A stretch of DNA of 64,000 bases from Chrysomallon squamiferum (lineage: Eukaryota; Animalia; Mollusca): positions 36,890,001 through 36,954,000 of the forward strand of contig CM022665.1 of NCBI GenBank assembly GCA_012295275.1. Direction: 5' to 3'. A program made the translations under genes and the position numbers. Positions 63,019-64,000 of the stretch are shown piece after piece; the first letter of the stretch is position 1; each line of letters begins with the position of its first letter. The notes under the pieces were generated by a model. The model had not been told where the DNA came from, did no database searches, and saw only the letters and a list, made by a program, of their open reading frames with translations.

Positions 63019-64000
63019 GTAATTTTATTTAAAATTTAAAACTTTATAAATCCAATTTTTAATTCACAAAGCATTTTTCTGACCACATGGACATGTGACA
63101 AAAAACAAAAATGCATACTCATGAGTAGCAGACTCTGTTAATGTTTAATTTTTTATATATTAGTAAAGAAACCTATGAAATACATTATTTATAATTTAAA
63201 AATGGTAAGTGTTTAAAAAAAAAAAAAAAAAAAAGATTCATTTATAGGATTAAAACTATTCTCAAAATATCTACTTTTCTTACTGACGTCAGAATTATCA
63301 ATTTCTTTTCCCCTTGATCTTATAATATGAGAATTATTGATGTTTAAACTAATATTTATCCTCTTTTGTTTCCTGTTGACAGCTGTTCAGCAGTTCAGTT
63401 AAGTCAATATATACAAAAAGAATAATATGAATAGAATCCATACTGTTAGGTCACATTTGGCAAATTTTTAAATTAAAAGACATTTTTTTTTTTTTTTTTT
63501 AAAGGAAAAAAGGTAATAAAAGAACATTGATTTTACTTGTATAGTAATTAATGAAAATATGTAATTTCATAAGCTTTGTTTTGATATGTAACACACACAG
63601 ACGTAAAATATGCTTGGCATGTCAATAGAACTGTACTTTTTCCATAACTGCCTGATCTGTTTGTTCCTATAGTTAATATTTCAGTGTAATTCAAGCATTC
63701 TCTATGTTAATTCACCAGTTTTCCATTCCACTCACAATCCTAAAGTTTCACATCAGAAGGATGTCATTAAAAGTTTTTGTTTTCCTTTTTTTTCTTAAAC
63801 AATTACCCCAAAATGTGTTATCTTAATTAGGCATCATGTTTTTAAACAGTTTTCATTCTTAATGACATTAGTTTTTAAACAAAATATTCTGATTTATTGT
63901 TACCTATAATGCTTACTTTAACACATCTTACCTTTCAAATATCAAAAAATATCATGTTTAACAGCTTTTAAAAATTATATGTTAATACATCATAAACTTT

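Overview
AT-rich (roughly 70% AT) eukaryotic genomic DNA with many short GT-AG introns. It is most likely a mollusc or other lophotrochozoan, inferred from gene style and repeats. No prokaryotic features were seen. Seven protein-coding genes were reconstructed by hand: an unidentified 5'-partial gene (+, ends 4178), CINP (-), mitochondrial seryl-tRNA synthetase SARS2 (+), a SERTA-domain gene (+), menin MEN1 (-), CLPTM1 (+) and a 3'-partial FEZ/UNC-76 gene (+). CINP/SARS2 and MEN1/CLPTM1 are head-to-head pairs. Introns and intergenic DNA hold several DNA-transposon relics (Kolobok-like, hAT, hAT MITE with intact TSD, Tigger4-like MITE) and 42-bp and 164-bp tandem arrays. Most notable: (i) the MEN1 last exon is broken twice by +1 shifts at the same CGGGTA motif, probably assembly indels, although a 428-nt GT-AG excision would also restore the frame; (ii) the SERTA gene has an ATF4-like uORF leader plus an in-frame GUG in strong Kozak context; (iii) SARS2 has a truncated tRNA-binding arm. 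No database searches were run: family calls rest on remembered motifs. I found no clearly novel multi-gene system.
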